Assembly: GCA_043826435.1 (NCBI GenBank)
Contig: JBDRQF010000011.1
Location: forward strand, 1 to 64,000
Reading direction: 5' to 3'
Length of the DNA stretch: 64,000 nt
From: Elusimicrobiota bacterium
Lineage (GTDB): Bacteria > Elusimicrobiota > Endomicrobiia > CG1-02-37-114 > JAHJSO01
Under the pieces are notes generated by a model. That model saw only the letters and a list, made by a program, of their open reading frames with translations. It was not told the origin of the DNA and searched no databases. The position numbers and the translations under genes were made by a program. Below, in pieces: positions 19,866 through 30,269 of the stretch (positions within the stretch are counted from its first letter, which is position 1; each line of letters begins with the position of its first letter).

Positions 19866-21170
19866 TCAGGCGCCTTTAATTTTTTCGACAACGGTTTTGG
19901 AGTCCAGTATTGATTCCTCAATGTACGAGTATTTCCACCCGCCGAAACGCCCGATTGAATATATTCCGTTTTTATTCAGAAAAGAGTGAATTTCCCTGAC
20001 GGCGGCTGTCCTGTTCCGGTCATAGATTATGTATGCATATGGCATCGGCAGGATATTGGTTATCCCGGGGCTTTTATCCCGCTTTGCTATTCCGCACGCC
20101 ATCAATTGTCGCTGTAGGGCGCTCGCTGTCCTGTACGGGTCCGGTTTTTCTCCGGGAGTGTGCGATACCTCAACATAAAGAGATGCCTTGCCGGCAGGCG
20201 CCATGAATTTTGAAAAGTTGTGGTAAAACCCCGCCCTGTAAAACATGAATTTTTTTTCAGGGAAGTAAACCCAGTGTTTTGAGTCGTTTATATCCGTTGC
20301 GTCATACCCTAAGTTAAAACACATCACCGAGTTCCACCGGAGTTTTTCTCCGAAGGCCTTCATTTTTTGCGGGACATTTTCAATAATGTTTAAAAGTTCC
20401 GGCAGAGGCATTGTGGATATTATATTCTTATACGTAAAGGCGCCTTTTGTTGAAGTTATCCTTTTTTTCTTCATGTCTATTTTTATTGCCGGCGTATTCA
20501 GCAGCGGCGACCGTATCCTTTCAAGCAATGCGTCAATAAGCGACTGTATTCCGCCTTTTACCGGATAGTAAAACGATGCGTTGTAACCGTACTGTTTTGT
20601 CTGCATGGTGAATGCCCCGAGTATCGTTTCTTCAAGGGTCGGGTTCGGCACAAAGGAAGCGACCCACTCGTCGGTAAGTTCCGATTCATCCACTGTCCAG
20701 AGTTTCCTGTTATACGGAAAGAAGAAGTGTTTTGCGAAGCCCATGCCGAATGTCTTAATCGTCCAGTCCCTGAAAGACAATACCCCGCCGGATGCCGCCG
20801 GCCGCCGCCCGGACTGCTGCCTGATTTTTGCCTCTATCAACCCGGACAGGCAGTCCGCAATAACCTTGTGCGGAAGGCCGTAAAGATTCGCCTGAAAAGG
20901 GTAGCGGGTGTATGTGTCGTGTGAGAATATCCAGGCGTCCCGCTTGATTTTTTTGATGTTACAACGCAGGAGATTAAATATTAGGCGTTTTGTATAGGGG
21001 TTCCTCAGGTGCAGGAGGTGCCCCGTGTAATCAAATGTGTAACCGCCAGCGCGGACTGACCTGCACAGGCCGCCCGCCGAACCTTCCTTTTCAAGTATAA
21101 TGCAGTCGTCCGCCATGTGGTAGGCAGCAGAAAGGCCGGTAATGCCCGCTCCTATTATTATGTTTTTCAT
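19866..21170 (-). CDS. FAD-dependent oxidoreductase, UDP-galactopyranose mutase/HemY-like
   Basis: Start MKNIIIGAGITGL at 21170 (ATGA overlap with the upstream gene); GGLCRS, FDYTGH, YPFQ, YNRKLW and GRFGGWKY motifs. Confidence 0.8.
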   Translation of the reverse strand: MKNIIIGAGITGLSAAYHMADDCIILEKEGSAGGLCRSVRAGGYTFDYTGHLLHLRNPYTKRLIFNLLRCNIKKIKRDAWIFSHDTYTRYPFQANLYGLPHKVIADCLSGLIEAKIRQQSGRRPAASGGVLSFRDWTIKTFGMGFAKHFFFPYNRKLWTVDESELTDEWVASFVPNPTLEETILGAFTMQTKQYGYNASFYYPVKGGIQSLIDALLERIRSPLLNTPAIKIDMKKKRITSTKGAFTYKNIISTMPLPELLNIIENVPQKMKAFGEKLRWNSVMCFNLGYDATDINDSKHWVYFPEKKFMFYRAGFYHNFSKFMAPAGKASLYVEVSHTPGEKPDPYRTASALQRQLMACGIAKRDKSPGITNILPMPYAYIIYDRNRTAAVREIHSFLNKNGIYSIGRFGGWKYSYIEESILDSKTVVEKIKGA

Positions 21171-22183
21171 GTCTGTATTTTTGAAAGCATCACTGCGATT
21201 AAAACTGCAACAAGCACCGAACAGGCGTATATGGCTACTGCGGTATAAAACTGCACGACCGTTACTATGAATGCGAGGAAAGAAAGTAGCATCCCCGCCG
21301 CATAAACATAGAGGAGTATTTTTTTTCTTGGCCACCCGCCTTTTTCAAGCCTGAGCGGGAAGTGGTCCTTACTGCCGACAAACGGCGATATGCCCCTCTT
21401 CCACCTGAAATACATTACAAGCAGTGTGTCGTATATGGGTATGGCGAGTATGAGCATAGGTGCAAACAGTCCCATGTCGTTTATGGTGGTATAACTGGTC
21501 CCGAGTGATACGGACGCAAGGATAAAACCGATAAATAAACTGCCGGTGTCACCCATAAATATTTTGAATTTTTTGCTGAGGTTGTAAGGCAAAAACCCGA
21601 GACATCCGCCTGCAAGCGCGACGCTTGCAAAGTTTACGTACAACTTCTCTTCAACGGGCAAGCCGATGAGGAAAAACCCCATAGCGGCGATAAAAGCGGC
21701 CCCGCCGGAGAGCCCGTCCATTATGTCTATTATGTTGAAGGCGTTCGTTACGCCGACGACCCACAGGATAGTGATGCAGATGGCGAACCAATCCGGGCGC
21801 AAAAATTCAAGGTGTATGCCGTAGAAGATCAGCAGGATACCCGCGGCGACCTGGATTAAAAACTTGAATTTGAAATGCAGCCCTTTCAGTTTAATGTCGT
21901 CAATTATACCGAGGATGCATATTATAAAACTTCCCAGGAAAATACCTCTCAGCGACCTGAGTGTCCCCGTGGGGAAGTCAGTAAAAATCCTGATAACCGA
22001 GAGCGAAACCCAGAAAGAGACGGCTATGGCCAGTCCGCCGAGGTACGGCACCGGCGCCTTGTGGGTTTTTATTATGGAGTGCGGGACGTCCATTATGCCG
22101 AGTTTTAAAGCAATTTTTCTCATAACGGGAACAATCGCTATGGAAACCAGAAATGATAAAACAAAGCAAATCAGTAAGTACAT
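21167..22183 (-). CDS. WecA/TagO-type polyprenyl-phosphate N-acetylhexosamine-1-phosphate transferase
   Basis: PYLGGLAI, GIIDDI, NAFNIIDIMDGL, IFMGDTGS and DH motifs; polytopic membrane protein. Confidence 0.9.
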   Translation of the reverse strand: MYLLICFVLSFLVSIAIVPVMRKIALKLGIMDVPHSIIKTHKAPVPYLGGLAIAVSFWVSLSVIRIFTDFPTGTLRSLRGIFLGSFIICILGIIDDIKLKGLHFKFKFLIQVAAGILLIFYGIHLEFLRPDWFAICITILWVVGVTNAFNIIDIMDGLSGGAAFIAAMGFFLIGLPVEEKLYVNFASVALAGGCLGFLPYNLSKKFKIFMGDTGSLFIGFILASVSLGTSYTTINDMGLFAPMLILAIPIYDTLLVMYFRWKRGISPFVGSKDHFPLRLEKGGWPRKKILLYVYAAGMLLSFLAFIVTVVQFYTAVAIYACSVLVAVLIAVMLSKIQT

Positions 22184-22257
22184 TTATCGTTATTCCTTTA
22201 ACGTCTGCCGAAGGCCCGGGGACGGGATTTATCGTTTCCCGCAGGGGGAAATCACCG

Positions 22258-24297
22258 TTACCCGGTCCTGTACAGGTAAACGTCATTTTTGTTAAATTCA
22301 ACTTCAAGATTTTTTATGAGGTTTTCCCAGTTCTTTTTACCGCGCGGGGTAAAATTAAGAATGCCGTACGGAGCTAACCGCCCTGCTTCATTTTTGTTAT
22401 ACAGGAGGTGCGTAATTTTCGCACCCCTGATTTTTGCAAGCATATCAGCATGGTTTTTTGAATCGTTCGCAAGTTTGGCGAAGGGGTCGGGTGCATATAC
22501 GTTCGTAGCGATGTAGTCCCTTTTGCAGTAAAACCCGCGTTGCTCGCCTATGAAATAAATTTTGTCATTTACCGGGAGGTTCCTGTTAATGTAGTCAAAG
22601 GCGGGGTACGGGGAATATTTCAGTTTTTTTGCCAGGTATTCCCCCCGGGTTTCTATCCCCAGCGCCACCCAGAACGGGTCAATGATTTTCTGGATATTGA
22701 AATACAGGGAAAAATTTGAAACCAGCAATAAAACGACAAGGGAGTGGACGAATATTTTAATAAACGTCCCGCCCTCTTTCCGTATGGCGGAAATTGTGTA
22801 CCCGGAAATCACCGCCAGTACAGGCAGTAAAGGATAGAGGAACCTCAGGACGGGTTTTGCAGAAAACCACACAATGAAATGCAGAAAGACATAACCTAAC
22901 AGCAATAAGACCTCTTTCCTTTTTTCTTTCAGCAGCAGCACGGCGGGCACCGTCACAAAATATATGACCCAGCCGAAATCGCCAAGAACGTCAATCCCGC
23001 CGCCATATTTCTGGGGTGTTGAGATAATATTCCATGGCAGTTGGAATAATTCAAGCAGGATGTTGCTTTTAAATCCGTACTCTGTCAGGACTGCAAAATA
23101 ATTTCTGGCGCTTACCTGCGGCCACGGGATATTTTTAAAACCGAGGACGTTGTATAAAAAAGGGAACACAGGATTGCCGACATTGATTATGTTCTTAATA
23201 GCCCACGGGAGAAAGAACATAACTGCGATGGAATTCATAACGAGTATCTTCTTAACTGATGCGAATGAAAGTTTTTTGTCTTTCAGCAGTATTATAAAGA
23301 GGATAACCGATATTGCGGCGGGGGTAATGACTCCCGTATATTTTGTACCCATGGCGAGCCCGGAAAAAGCGCCGGCAAGATATAAGAACCCGTCGGATCG
23401 GGATGCGGCGTAAATTGAAACGCTGAATACGGACATAAACGTAAAAAATGCAAGCCCGCCCTCAACGTAACTGCTGCCCGCAAGCAGCATGAAAGACGTT
23501 GTGGTTGAAAGCAGCAGGGCAGAGACCAGCCCGGCAGCCGTCCCGTTAGCCATCCTGCCGGGCATTTCGTCAAGAGCCCCGCGGTTGAAGAAACGCCTGC
23601 AGAAACAGAAAACGGCGAGCAGCGAGAATATGCCGAAAGCAAAGGAGAAGAGGTTGGGCAACGTCTCCGTGCCGGTAAAAAGGGCGAGTGTATATAGCAT
23701 CTCCATGTTTTGCGGAAAATGCGAGTAGATATTAAACAATGGGGAAAATATTTTGCCCTCCATTATGTACATTCCGGGCAGGGCAAGGTGATATACGAGC
23801 GAATCGTAATATGTCGGCGGGGCGAAACACGTCACGGCAACAAGCCCGGCGCTGATCAGGATAAAAAAAAGCACGGCGGCATGCAGGGCATCAATTTTCG
23901 GCATTTTTACTGCGGACAATTCCCTGAAAAGCGAAAGTATATCACGGTGCAAAAATGCAAACGCAGATAAAACCGCAACCCATATTATTGTTGTATGGTA
24001 AAGGCCGGCGACCCCCAGGATGAACATAACGGCGATGACTGCGCCGGTACCGGCGCCGAATTCAAAGATGTTCTTTTCAAGCGCGCTCGCGAACCGGATT
24101 TCTGTTTTCGCGCTTATAGCCCGTATAACCGCCCTCCCTGCTGCCATGCACAGCCCGACGAAAATAAGGAGCGCGGCAATGTCTTTCAGGATGATAGTAA
24201 TGCCGGCCAGCGGGTAAGCGAGAAAATACCCAGCCGTAATCAGCACGGCAATCAAACAATAAAAAATCAGATATGCTTTGGAGAAAATAGTTTGCAT
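22258..24297 (-). CDS. Large polytopic ArnT/PMT-like (GT-C type) membrane protein
   Basis: More than 13 TM helices; YDSLVYHL loop, GTKYTG, GNPVFP, RFLYP; soluble C-terminal domain. Confidence 0.7.
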   Translation of the reverse strand: MQTIFSKAYLIFYCLIAVLITAGYFLAYPLAGITIILKDIAALLIFVGLCMAAGRAVIRAISAKTEIRFASALEKNIFEFGAGTGAVIAVMFILGVAGLYHTTIIWVAVLSAFAFLHRDILSLFRELSAVKMPKIDALHAAVLFFILISAGLVAVTCFAPPTYYDSLVYHLALPGMYIMEGKIFSPLFNIYSHFPQNMEMLYTLALFTGTETLPNLFSFAFGIFSLLAVFCFCRRFFNRGALDEMPGRMANGTAAGLVSALLLSTTTSFMLLAGSSYVEGGLAFFTFMSVFSVSIYAASRSDGFLYLAGAFSGLAMGTKYTGVITPAAISVILFIILLKDKKLSFASVKKILVMNSIAVMFFLPWAIKNIINVGNPVFPFLYNVLGFKNIPWPQVSARNYFAVLTEYGFKSNILLELFQLPWNIISTPQKYGGGIDVLGDFGWVIYFVTVPAVLLLKEKRKEVLLLLGYVFLHFIVWFSAKPVLRFLYPLLPVLAVISGYTISAIRKEGGTFIKIFVHSLVVLLLVSNFSLYFNIQKIIDPFWVALGIETRGEYLAKKLKYSPYPAFDYINRNLPVNDKIYFIGEQRGFYCKRDYIATNVYAPDPFAKLANDSKNHADMLAKIRGAKITHLLYNKNEAGRLAPYGILNFTPRGKKNWENLIKNLEVEFNKNDVYLYRTG

Positions 24298-25007
24298 TTT
24301 ATAATACCGCTTTTGTGGAACAGGTATTTCATTATTGTGAATAACGTTTCAACCCCGTATTTTGAACTCCGGATAAAATTTATTGACGACGCCTCTGCAA
24401 AATATTTTGCAGGCACAGGTACGTCCCCTATGCGGAACCCGAAATATGCCGCCTCTATCAGGAACTGCTGGTCAAATACGAAATCGTTAGAATTGTTTTC
24501 CCACGGTACCGTATCCAGCACCTTCCTTGAATAAGCCCTGAGCCCGGAGTGCCACTCACCCAGGTTTTGTCCTAAAATCAGGTTTTCAAGGATGGTAAGG
24601 AACCTGTTTGACAGGTATTTATACAGGGGCATGCCGTTGCTTATGGCTTCCTTCCTTGTCCTTATGCGGTTACCGAGGACGAAATCACATATATCCTCTT
24701 TAATGAAAGCGGTCATATGCGAGATTATCTTCGGGTCGTACTGGTAGTCGGGATGAATCATTACAATTAGGTCTGCTCCCGATTTAAGGGCCTCCCTGTA
24801 ACAGGTCTTTTGGTTGGCGCCATAACCCATGTTCTTTTCGTGTGTGATTGTCCTCAGCCCGAGTTTTTTTGCAATCTCCACGGTCCCGTCAGTTGAGCAG
24901 TCGTCAACAAGCAGTATTTCATCCGCAGTGCCCGGGGGAATTTCCCGCAGGGTCATTTCAAGCGTCTTTTCGGCATTGTAGGCAGGCATCACTATTATTG
25001 TTTTCAT
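24267..25007 (-). CDS. GT2, polyprenyl-phosphate sugar synthase (DPM1/ArnC-like)
   Basis: [29 protein letters not shown] and SGLRAYS motifs. Confidence 0.88.
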   Translation of the reverse strand: MKTIIVMPAYNAEKTLEMTLREIPPGTADEILLVDDCSTDGTVEIAKKLGLRTITHEKNMGYGANQKTCYREALKSGADLIVMIHPDYQYDPKIISHMTAFIKEDICDFVLGNRIRTRKEAISNGMPLYKYLSNRFLTILENLILGQNLGEWHSGLRAYSRKVLDTVPWENNSNDFVFDQQFLIEAAYFGFRIGDVPVPAKYFAEASSINFIRSSKYGVETLFTIMKYLFHKSGIIKCKLFSPKHI

Positions 25008-26128
25008 ACGAGGGCTCCCCTGTAAATATTCTCCGTTTCCTTGACCATCTTTTCCATGTTAAAAAATTTCCTGACTTTTTCCCGGGCATTGTTTCCCATC
25101 TTTTTCGCTGCCTCAGTATTTTCAATAAGCCATATTATCTTCTCCGAAAGTTCTTTTGGGCTGGCCGGACGGACTATTAACCCGTTGAGCCCGTCGTCAA
25201 TAATCTCCCGGACGCCGCCAGTGTCCGTTGAAATTACAGGTCTGCCCTGTGACATCGCCTCAAGCAGGACGTTCGGAGTGCCCTCCCACAGCGACGGCAG
25301 GACGAATATGTCGGACGATGAAATTATCCGGACGGACTCGTCAGCCGGCTGAAAGCCCGTGAATATCACTTTATCTAGTATTTTCATTTTGAGCGCCTGC
25401 GCTTCAAGTTGTCTTTTCTGCGGCCCGTCACCGGTTATGACGAACAAGACGTTCTTGAATTTTGAAAGTACGGAGGGGATTGCAGAAATAAAATGTTCCA
25501 TCCCCTTCTGTTCGTGCAGGCGGCCGGCCGTGCAGACCATAATGTCTCCGTCCGCAATTCCCAATTGCGACCTCACTGCTTCCCTTGCGCCGGGTTGCTG
25601 CACCGTTTGCTCAACTCCGTTATACAGGACAACGAGTTTGTCGGCCGGCATCCCCCCTTTGACGAGGAAAGATTTGAGCGCCATTGAGTTCACTATGATT
25701 TTTCTGCACATGCCCGACGTCAGCCGTTCAACCGGGGCCTGCCATCTTTTCTGTTTCTCCATCACCCTTATGGAAGAAATGACGGGAACGCCCCCTGCCA
25801 GCAGTGCCGACAGTCGCCCCAGTATATTCGCCTGGAAAAGAAAGGTATGGACTATGCCTATTTTTTCCCGCCTGATAAAATTCGCGAGCATGATGACAGA
25901 TGCGACAGCCATAACCGGGAAGGCAATTATACCATATTTATACATCTCCAGGCAATAGACCTTTATGCCCCGCGCTCTGAGTTTTCCTGCATACTCGCCG
26001 CATTTTTTTATTGAGTAAACGAACGGATTGAAATCCTTGTTTAACCGCGTGGCGGTCTCATACAGCATTTTTTCCGTGCCGCCCATGTTTAGGTCGGTTA
26101 TTAAAAACAGGATATTTGTTCCGGCCAT
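25004..26128 (-). CDS. GT4 family glycosyltransferase
   Basis: [13 protein letters not shown] and [14 protein letters not shown] motifs. Confidence 0.92.
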   Translation of the reverse strand: MAGTNILFLITDLNMGGTEKMLYETATRLNKDFNPFVYSIKKCGEYAGKLRARGIKVYCLEMYKYGIIAFPVMAVASVIMLANFIRREKIGIVHTFLFQANILGRLSALLAGGVPVISSIRVMEKQKRWQAPVERLTSGMCRKIIVNSMALKSFLVKGGMPADKLVVLYNGVEQTVQQPGAREAVRSQLGIADGDIMVCTAGRLHEQKGMEHFISAIPSVLSKFKNVLFVITGDGPQKRQLEAQALKMKILDKVIFTGFQPADESVRIISSSDIFVLPSLWEGTPNVLLEAMSQGRPVISTDTGGVREIIDDGLNGLIVRPASPKELSEKIIWLIENTEAAKKMGNNAREKVRKFFNMEKMVKETENIYRGALV

Positions 26129-27888
26129 TAGAATCCCCTTTTAAATATCTTGACTCCCACATTTTCACTCGGGACGAACGCCGCCGGGAAACGTATTCCG
26201 AGAAATCTTTCAACCCCGGGCCATGAAATTATTTCGCTGTAAATTTTGCTGAATTGTTCAATGTTTTCAATGTCGTTATATATTTCCGGCACGATTATAT
26301 ATTCCGGGTAGGTGTAACCCCTGCTGTCCTGCCATGTTTCTTTTTCAAGCGGTACGTTTACAAGTTTGTATTTCAGGAAGTTAAAAGCAGGCATCGTGCC
26401 GGGCAGCGCCCATCCGGTCGGGATGCCCACGCGGGAATTTCCGGGTATATTTTCGTTTATCCACTCGCCGGCGGCGGTAAAATTGCCGTGAATGACAAAT
26501 AGGTTGTTCGCGTAGTGGAGAGATCTCGCCAGCATAAAAAAAACAACTATTGCCGCGTAAAGCAGGACGCCGGTTTTTAACGCCGGCCTGTTTAATACCT
26601 TGAGAAAATGGATTATTGCAGCCGAAAGACATATTGCTATAACCGGATACCCTATTGACCACACGCCCTGGTGTCTTAAAAAAATTGCATTTGACGCAAA
26701 AAAGATGAGCCCGAATATGGAAATGATTTTGCCCGCGGGGTTATTGCCGTAGAGCAAAACGGACATGCCCGCCGCAAAAAGCGGCAGGACGGTCCAGTGG
26801 TCGCCCCATGTGAAAATTCTGTGAATAAATTTAAAGGTTTCAGAAGCATTAAAAATCCCGTAGCCGCTGTATATCTTCTGGTGGAGGATAAATCTCAGGA
26901 AACGTTCGGGGTGCAGGAGTAAAAAGTAATTTGTTGAAAGGAACGCAAGAAAGAAGAAAAACACCCCGAACCACAGTCCCCTGCTCCTGAATGAAAACCT
27001 TTTTTCCTTTATGAAGTGGGCGATAAAAATTATTAAAATAAAAGACAGGTTGGTTATCAGGGCGCCGGCTGATAGCCCGAGAAAAACCCCTCCCAGCGCA
27101 TAATATTTTGTCCCGGGAGCGGTAAATATTTTTAGAATAAAATACAGGCCGGCAAGCAACAGGAGCATTGAGAGAGCATGCGGTTTGGACAGGTGGCTGT
27201 GGATTGATACAAGCGGCGAAATCGCAAGGAACAGGCATGCCAGTGCCGGGTTTGCCACGCCGTTAAAAAATTTTGCGACCACTATGTATAACAATACTAC
27301 GCTTAAAACGGAAAACAGGGCGCCGGCCCCACGCACGATAGTATAAATTCTTGTTGTCTCTTCGGGATGAAGGAAATAGTATCCCGTGTCTTTCGTCAGG
27401 GATATTATGCCGGCAAGTTTCGCCGCCACCAGTGACGAAGCCACCGTATAGTAATAAAACCCGCCGTATATGTAGTTCTTCGGGTCAAGGTCAAGTTTTT
27501 TAGGGTTCATAGAGGCAAGAGGGAAAATGGCGTGGGCTTCATCGGAGAGATTTACGTTTATGAAATACGCCCTTGAAAAATCCAGGACAACTTCTTTTGG
27601 AATGATGCCAAACGGTTTTGACTTTTCCGAATGCCCCCATGTATCCAGCATTGATTGTTCTATTTGTTTTAGTTTAACCTTTCCCTTTTCTTCAAATATC
27701 TTTTCCCTTTTGGAATAGTAGGCATCCCTCAGGGCGATCATCCGGGGGACGTGTCCCTGCAGTTCTTCTTTTGAAGAAAACACCAGGAGGTTCCTGCGCC
27801 AGTTGGGAGTTCCCCATTGGATATTCCCGAACTGTAAAAATGCAGACAGGGCGGTTAGTGCGGCAATGATAAAAATCTTATTTTTCAT
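26128..27888 (-). CDS. ArnT/PMT-like (GT-C type) membrane glycosyltransferase
   Basis: N-terminal TM, periplasmic loop with DE (LSDE) and LDPKNYIYG, multiple TMs, AGEWINENIP tail domain; alternative start 27903. Confidence 0.72.
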   Translation of the reverse strand: MKNKIFIIAALTALSAFLQFGNIQWGTPNWRRNLLVFSSKEELQGHVPRMIALRDAYYSKREKIFEEKGKVKLKQIEQSMLDTWGHSEKSKPFGIIPKEVVLDFSRAYFINVNLSDEAHAIFPLASMNPKKLDLDPKNYIYGGFYYYTVASSLVAAKLAGIISLTKDTGYYFLHPEETTRIYTIVRGAGALFSVLSVVLLYIVVAKFFNGVANPALACLFLAISPLVSIHSHLSKPHALSMLLLLAGLYFILKIFTAPGTKYYALGGVFLGLSAGALITNLSFILIIFIAHFIKEKRFSFRSRGLWFGVFFFFLAFLSTNYFLLLHPERFLRFILHQKIYSGYGIFNASETFKFIHRIFTWGDHWTVLPLFAAGMSVLLYGNNPAGKIISIFGLIFFASNAIFLRHQGVWSIGYPVIAICLSAAIIHFLKVLNRPALKTGVLLYAAIVVFFMLARSLHYANNLFVIHGNFTAAGEWINENIPGNSRVGIPTGWALPGTMPAFNFLKYKLVNVPLEKETWQDSRGYTYPEYIIVPEIYNDIENIEQFSKIYSEIISWPGVERFLGIRFPAAFVPSENVGVKIFKRGF

Positions 27889-28582
27889 TTTTTTGACAGA
27901 CACACAAAAGCGACATTCCTGCGGGCGGCGTAATTATTTTTTCAAACTTTGCAATGAACGGCACAAACTTGTCAAATATCAACGGCTGCAGGATTGAGAA
28001 TTTTTTTCTTTTCAGCAGCCGGCCGTTTAAGTACCATCCGAATATGCCGGGAAAGTTGCTGTAATTTATTTTCTTAATTTCAAAACCGGCGTTCTTTACC
28101 TTGTCGGAAAGGCCATTTTTGTCGTAGCGCCTGCAATGAGACAGAAAACGGTCCATCGTGCCGTACAGGGATGACATAGCGGGGACAAAGAGTATAAGTT
28201 TTCCCCCCGGGTCAAGGATGTCGTAAATATTTTTGAGCGACTGAACGTCGTTTTCAACGTGCTCAAGGACGTTGATGCAGACGATGGTGTCAAATTTTTC
28301 CGGGAATTTTTGATAGATATATTTGTCTGAAATATCGGCGCAAATAAAATTTATCGCCTGCCAGTCAATTTTCATGTGCCGGATGTAGGTATCTTCCCTG
28401 TCAAGGCAGGTCAGGTTTGTTATGTCTTTTAAATAACCGGTAATGTTCCCTGTGCCGCAGCCGACCTCAAGGGTCCTTTTGCCTACGTGTGGAAGGATCA
28501 TATCAAAAATCCACTTGTTGTAATTGTGTGCGAGTGCAAACGTTTTTAACACGTTTGATGCATAATCATAATTCATAGACAT
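27878..28582 (-). CDS. Class I SAM-dependent methyltransferase
   Basis: LEVGCGTG, CINVLEHV and PGGKLILFVPA motifs; start MSMNYD at 28582. Confidence 0.88.
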   Translation of the reverse strand: MSMNYDYASNVLKTFALAHNYNKWIFDMILPHVGKRTLEVGCGTGNITGYLKDITNLTCLDREDTYIRHMKIDWQAINFICADISDKYIYQKFPEKFDTIVCINVLEHVENDVQSLKNIYDILDPGGKLILFVPAMSSLYGTMDRFLSHCRRYDKNGLSDKVKNAGFEIKKINYSNFPGIFGWYLNGRLLKRKKFSILQPLIFDKFVPFIAKFEKIITPPAGMSLLCVCQKNEK

Positions 28583-30269
28583 ATATTTCAGGCCCTTTTG
28601 ACGGCGCCGTTTGCCGTTTGCCGCCGTCCGTTTTATCGGGGAATTGTTTAAGTATCCGGGCGTTCTTTTCAACCCCGGTATAAAAGTCAACAATACCCTT
28701 ATCCCGTGAATTTAATCCTGAATGCCTCGCCCAGGAATTCAGTACCAGGTACCGGATGCCCTTTTTTCGCAGGTATTTAAAACCGGGGGCAACGTCAACC
28801 AGGTCCTGCATTTTCTCCGCTTCTTCAACGACATATTTTATCCCGCTGACCTCTGCCGGCGGGCGATAGACCCTGTAAATCTCATAACCGTAATTTCCGT
28901 CCGGGTGGGCCTCCAGCAGGAGTTTTAGGTATTCCTTTTTATAATGGTTCAGCAGGGCCGCCCTGTCGTACAGCCGTTCAAGTTGGGTTTTCGTTTCCTT
29001 TATGGGCGGCGAGAAAGGGTACAGGTCAACAAGGACGGCGGCGCCGTGTGGCAGGTTTTTGTAAATCCACTCTTTTGCAATCGTCCGGTTATCTTTAAGC
29101 GTGTAGATATAACCGGTTTTGAGGCAGAGTATAACGGATGGGGTAAGGACTATGAGAAATGCCAGGATAAATGCCGGGGTGCTCAGTGAAGACGATTTTA
29201 TTTTGCCGGCAAGTTTATCGGCGAGCCATCCACCCGCAAGCGCAAGGAACGGGAATGCAGGAAATAAATAACCGATACCGGGGCTGTGATAAAATACCAC
29301 GGGTATTGAAAACAACGCGACGGGAACCATCAGGAGAAATCCTTTGGACAACAGCCATATCGCGCCTGCAAGGCACAGCATCCCTGCAAACGGCGGTCCC
29401 TGCGGCGGCGTCACGTGTCCCCTGTTCCCCATAAACAGGATGTTTGAAAAGACCTCCCTGATGTTGATTAATATGCTTGCCGGCGGAGTGCTCGCATGCG
29501 CAAAAAAATCCCTTCTGAAAGTGGCGAAGTCAAGGACGCTGTAAGGGGTGCCTGCTATAAAGGTTACCAGGACGATAGACAGCCCTAACCACAGCCGGGC
29601 GTCGGAAAGGGCCGCTATTTTTTTGTTACGCACAAAATAGACAACGGGCAGCATCACGACCATAGGTATTGCGTTGTAAAAGATTGATATTGATATGCCA
29701 AGGGATATACAGGACAGGTAGAAATTTTTGTTTTTGCCCTCCATGTAGAATAACGCCAGGAAATAAAACGAAAGGACAAGGAAAAATAAACTCGGCTGGC
29801 TCGGCCGTATCTCGTGAGCTGAGATTAATACCGAAGGGATGCAGGTAAACAACGCTGCGGCGCAAAGCCCCGCCTTTTTATTGAAGAGGAGTTTTCCCGT
29901 TTTATACACCAAAAGGGCCGCGCCCGTCGTCCACAAGACGGAGAATATCCGGAGCGTCAAATAGACGCCGCTTGGGTCTTTTACAAAGGATATTGCGAAT
30001 TCCTGCGTGCTTGAGAATGCGCCGGCAATCCTTCCAATGATAAAATAAATCCCACATACAAAAAAGGTGAAATACAGATACAGGGACGGGTAGTTGAAAA
30101 AATGAGGGTTCAGGTCGCCCGTGCCGAACCTTAAGGCGTAATTCACCACCTTGTACTCCTCGGTGGTGTATATGTGGGGTAAATCATAGTTAATCCCCCA
30201 CAGGCCCAGTGCCAGAGATGCGAGCATTATACAGACCGGCAAAATGTTATTTTTCAGGATACCATTCAT
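28566..30269 (-). CDS. ArnT/PMT-like (GT-C type) membrane glycosyltransferase
   Basis: GINYDLP...TEE...DLNPHFFNYPSL loop, about 11 TMs, GTPYS and AKEWIYKNLP motifs. Confidence 0.78.
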   Translation of the reverse strand: MNGILKNNILPVCIMLASLALGLWGINYDLPHIYTTEEYKVVNYALRFGTGDLNPHFFNYPSLYLYFTFFVCGIYFIIGRIAGAFSSTQEFAISFVKDPSGVYLTLRIFSVLWTTGAALLVYKTGKLLFNKKAGLCAAALFTCIPSVLISAHEIRPSQPSLFFLVLSFYFLALFYMEGKNKNFYLSCISLGISISIFYNAIPMVVMLPVVYFVRNKKIAALSDARLWLGLSIVLVTFIAGTPYSVLDFATFRRDFFAHASTPPASILINIREVFSNILFMGNRGHVTPPQGPPFAGMLCLAGAIWLLSKGFLLMVPVALFSIPVVFYHSPGIGYLFPAFPFLALAGGWLADKLAGKIKSSSLSTPAFILAFLIVLTPSVILCLKTGYIYTLKDNRTIAKEWIYKNLPHGAAVLVDLYPFSPPIKETKTQLERLYDRAALLNHYKKEYLKLLLEAHPDGNYGYEIYRVYRPPAEVSGIKYVVEEAEKMQDLVDVAPGFKYLRKKGIRYLVLNSWARHSGLNSRDKGIVDFYTGVEKNARILKQFPDKTDGGKRQTAPSKGPEIYVYEL

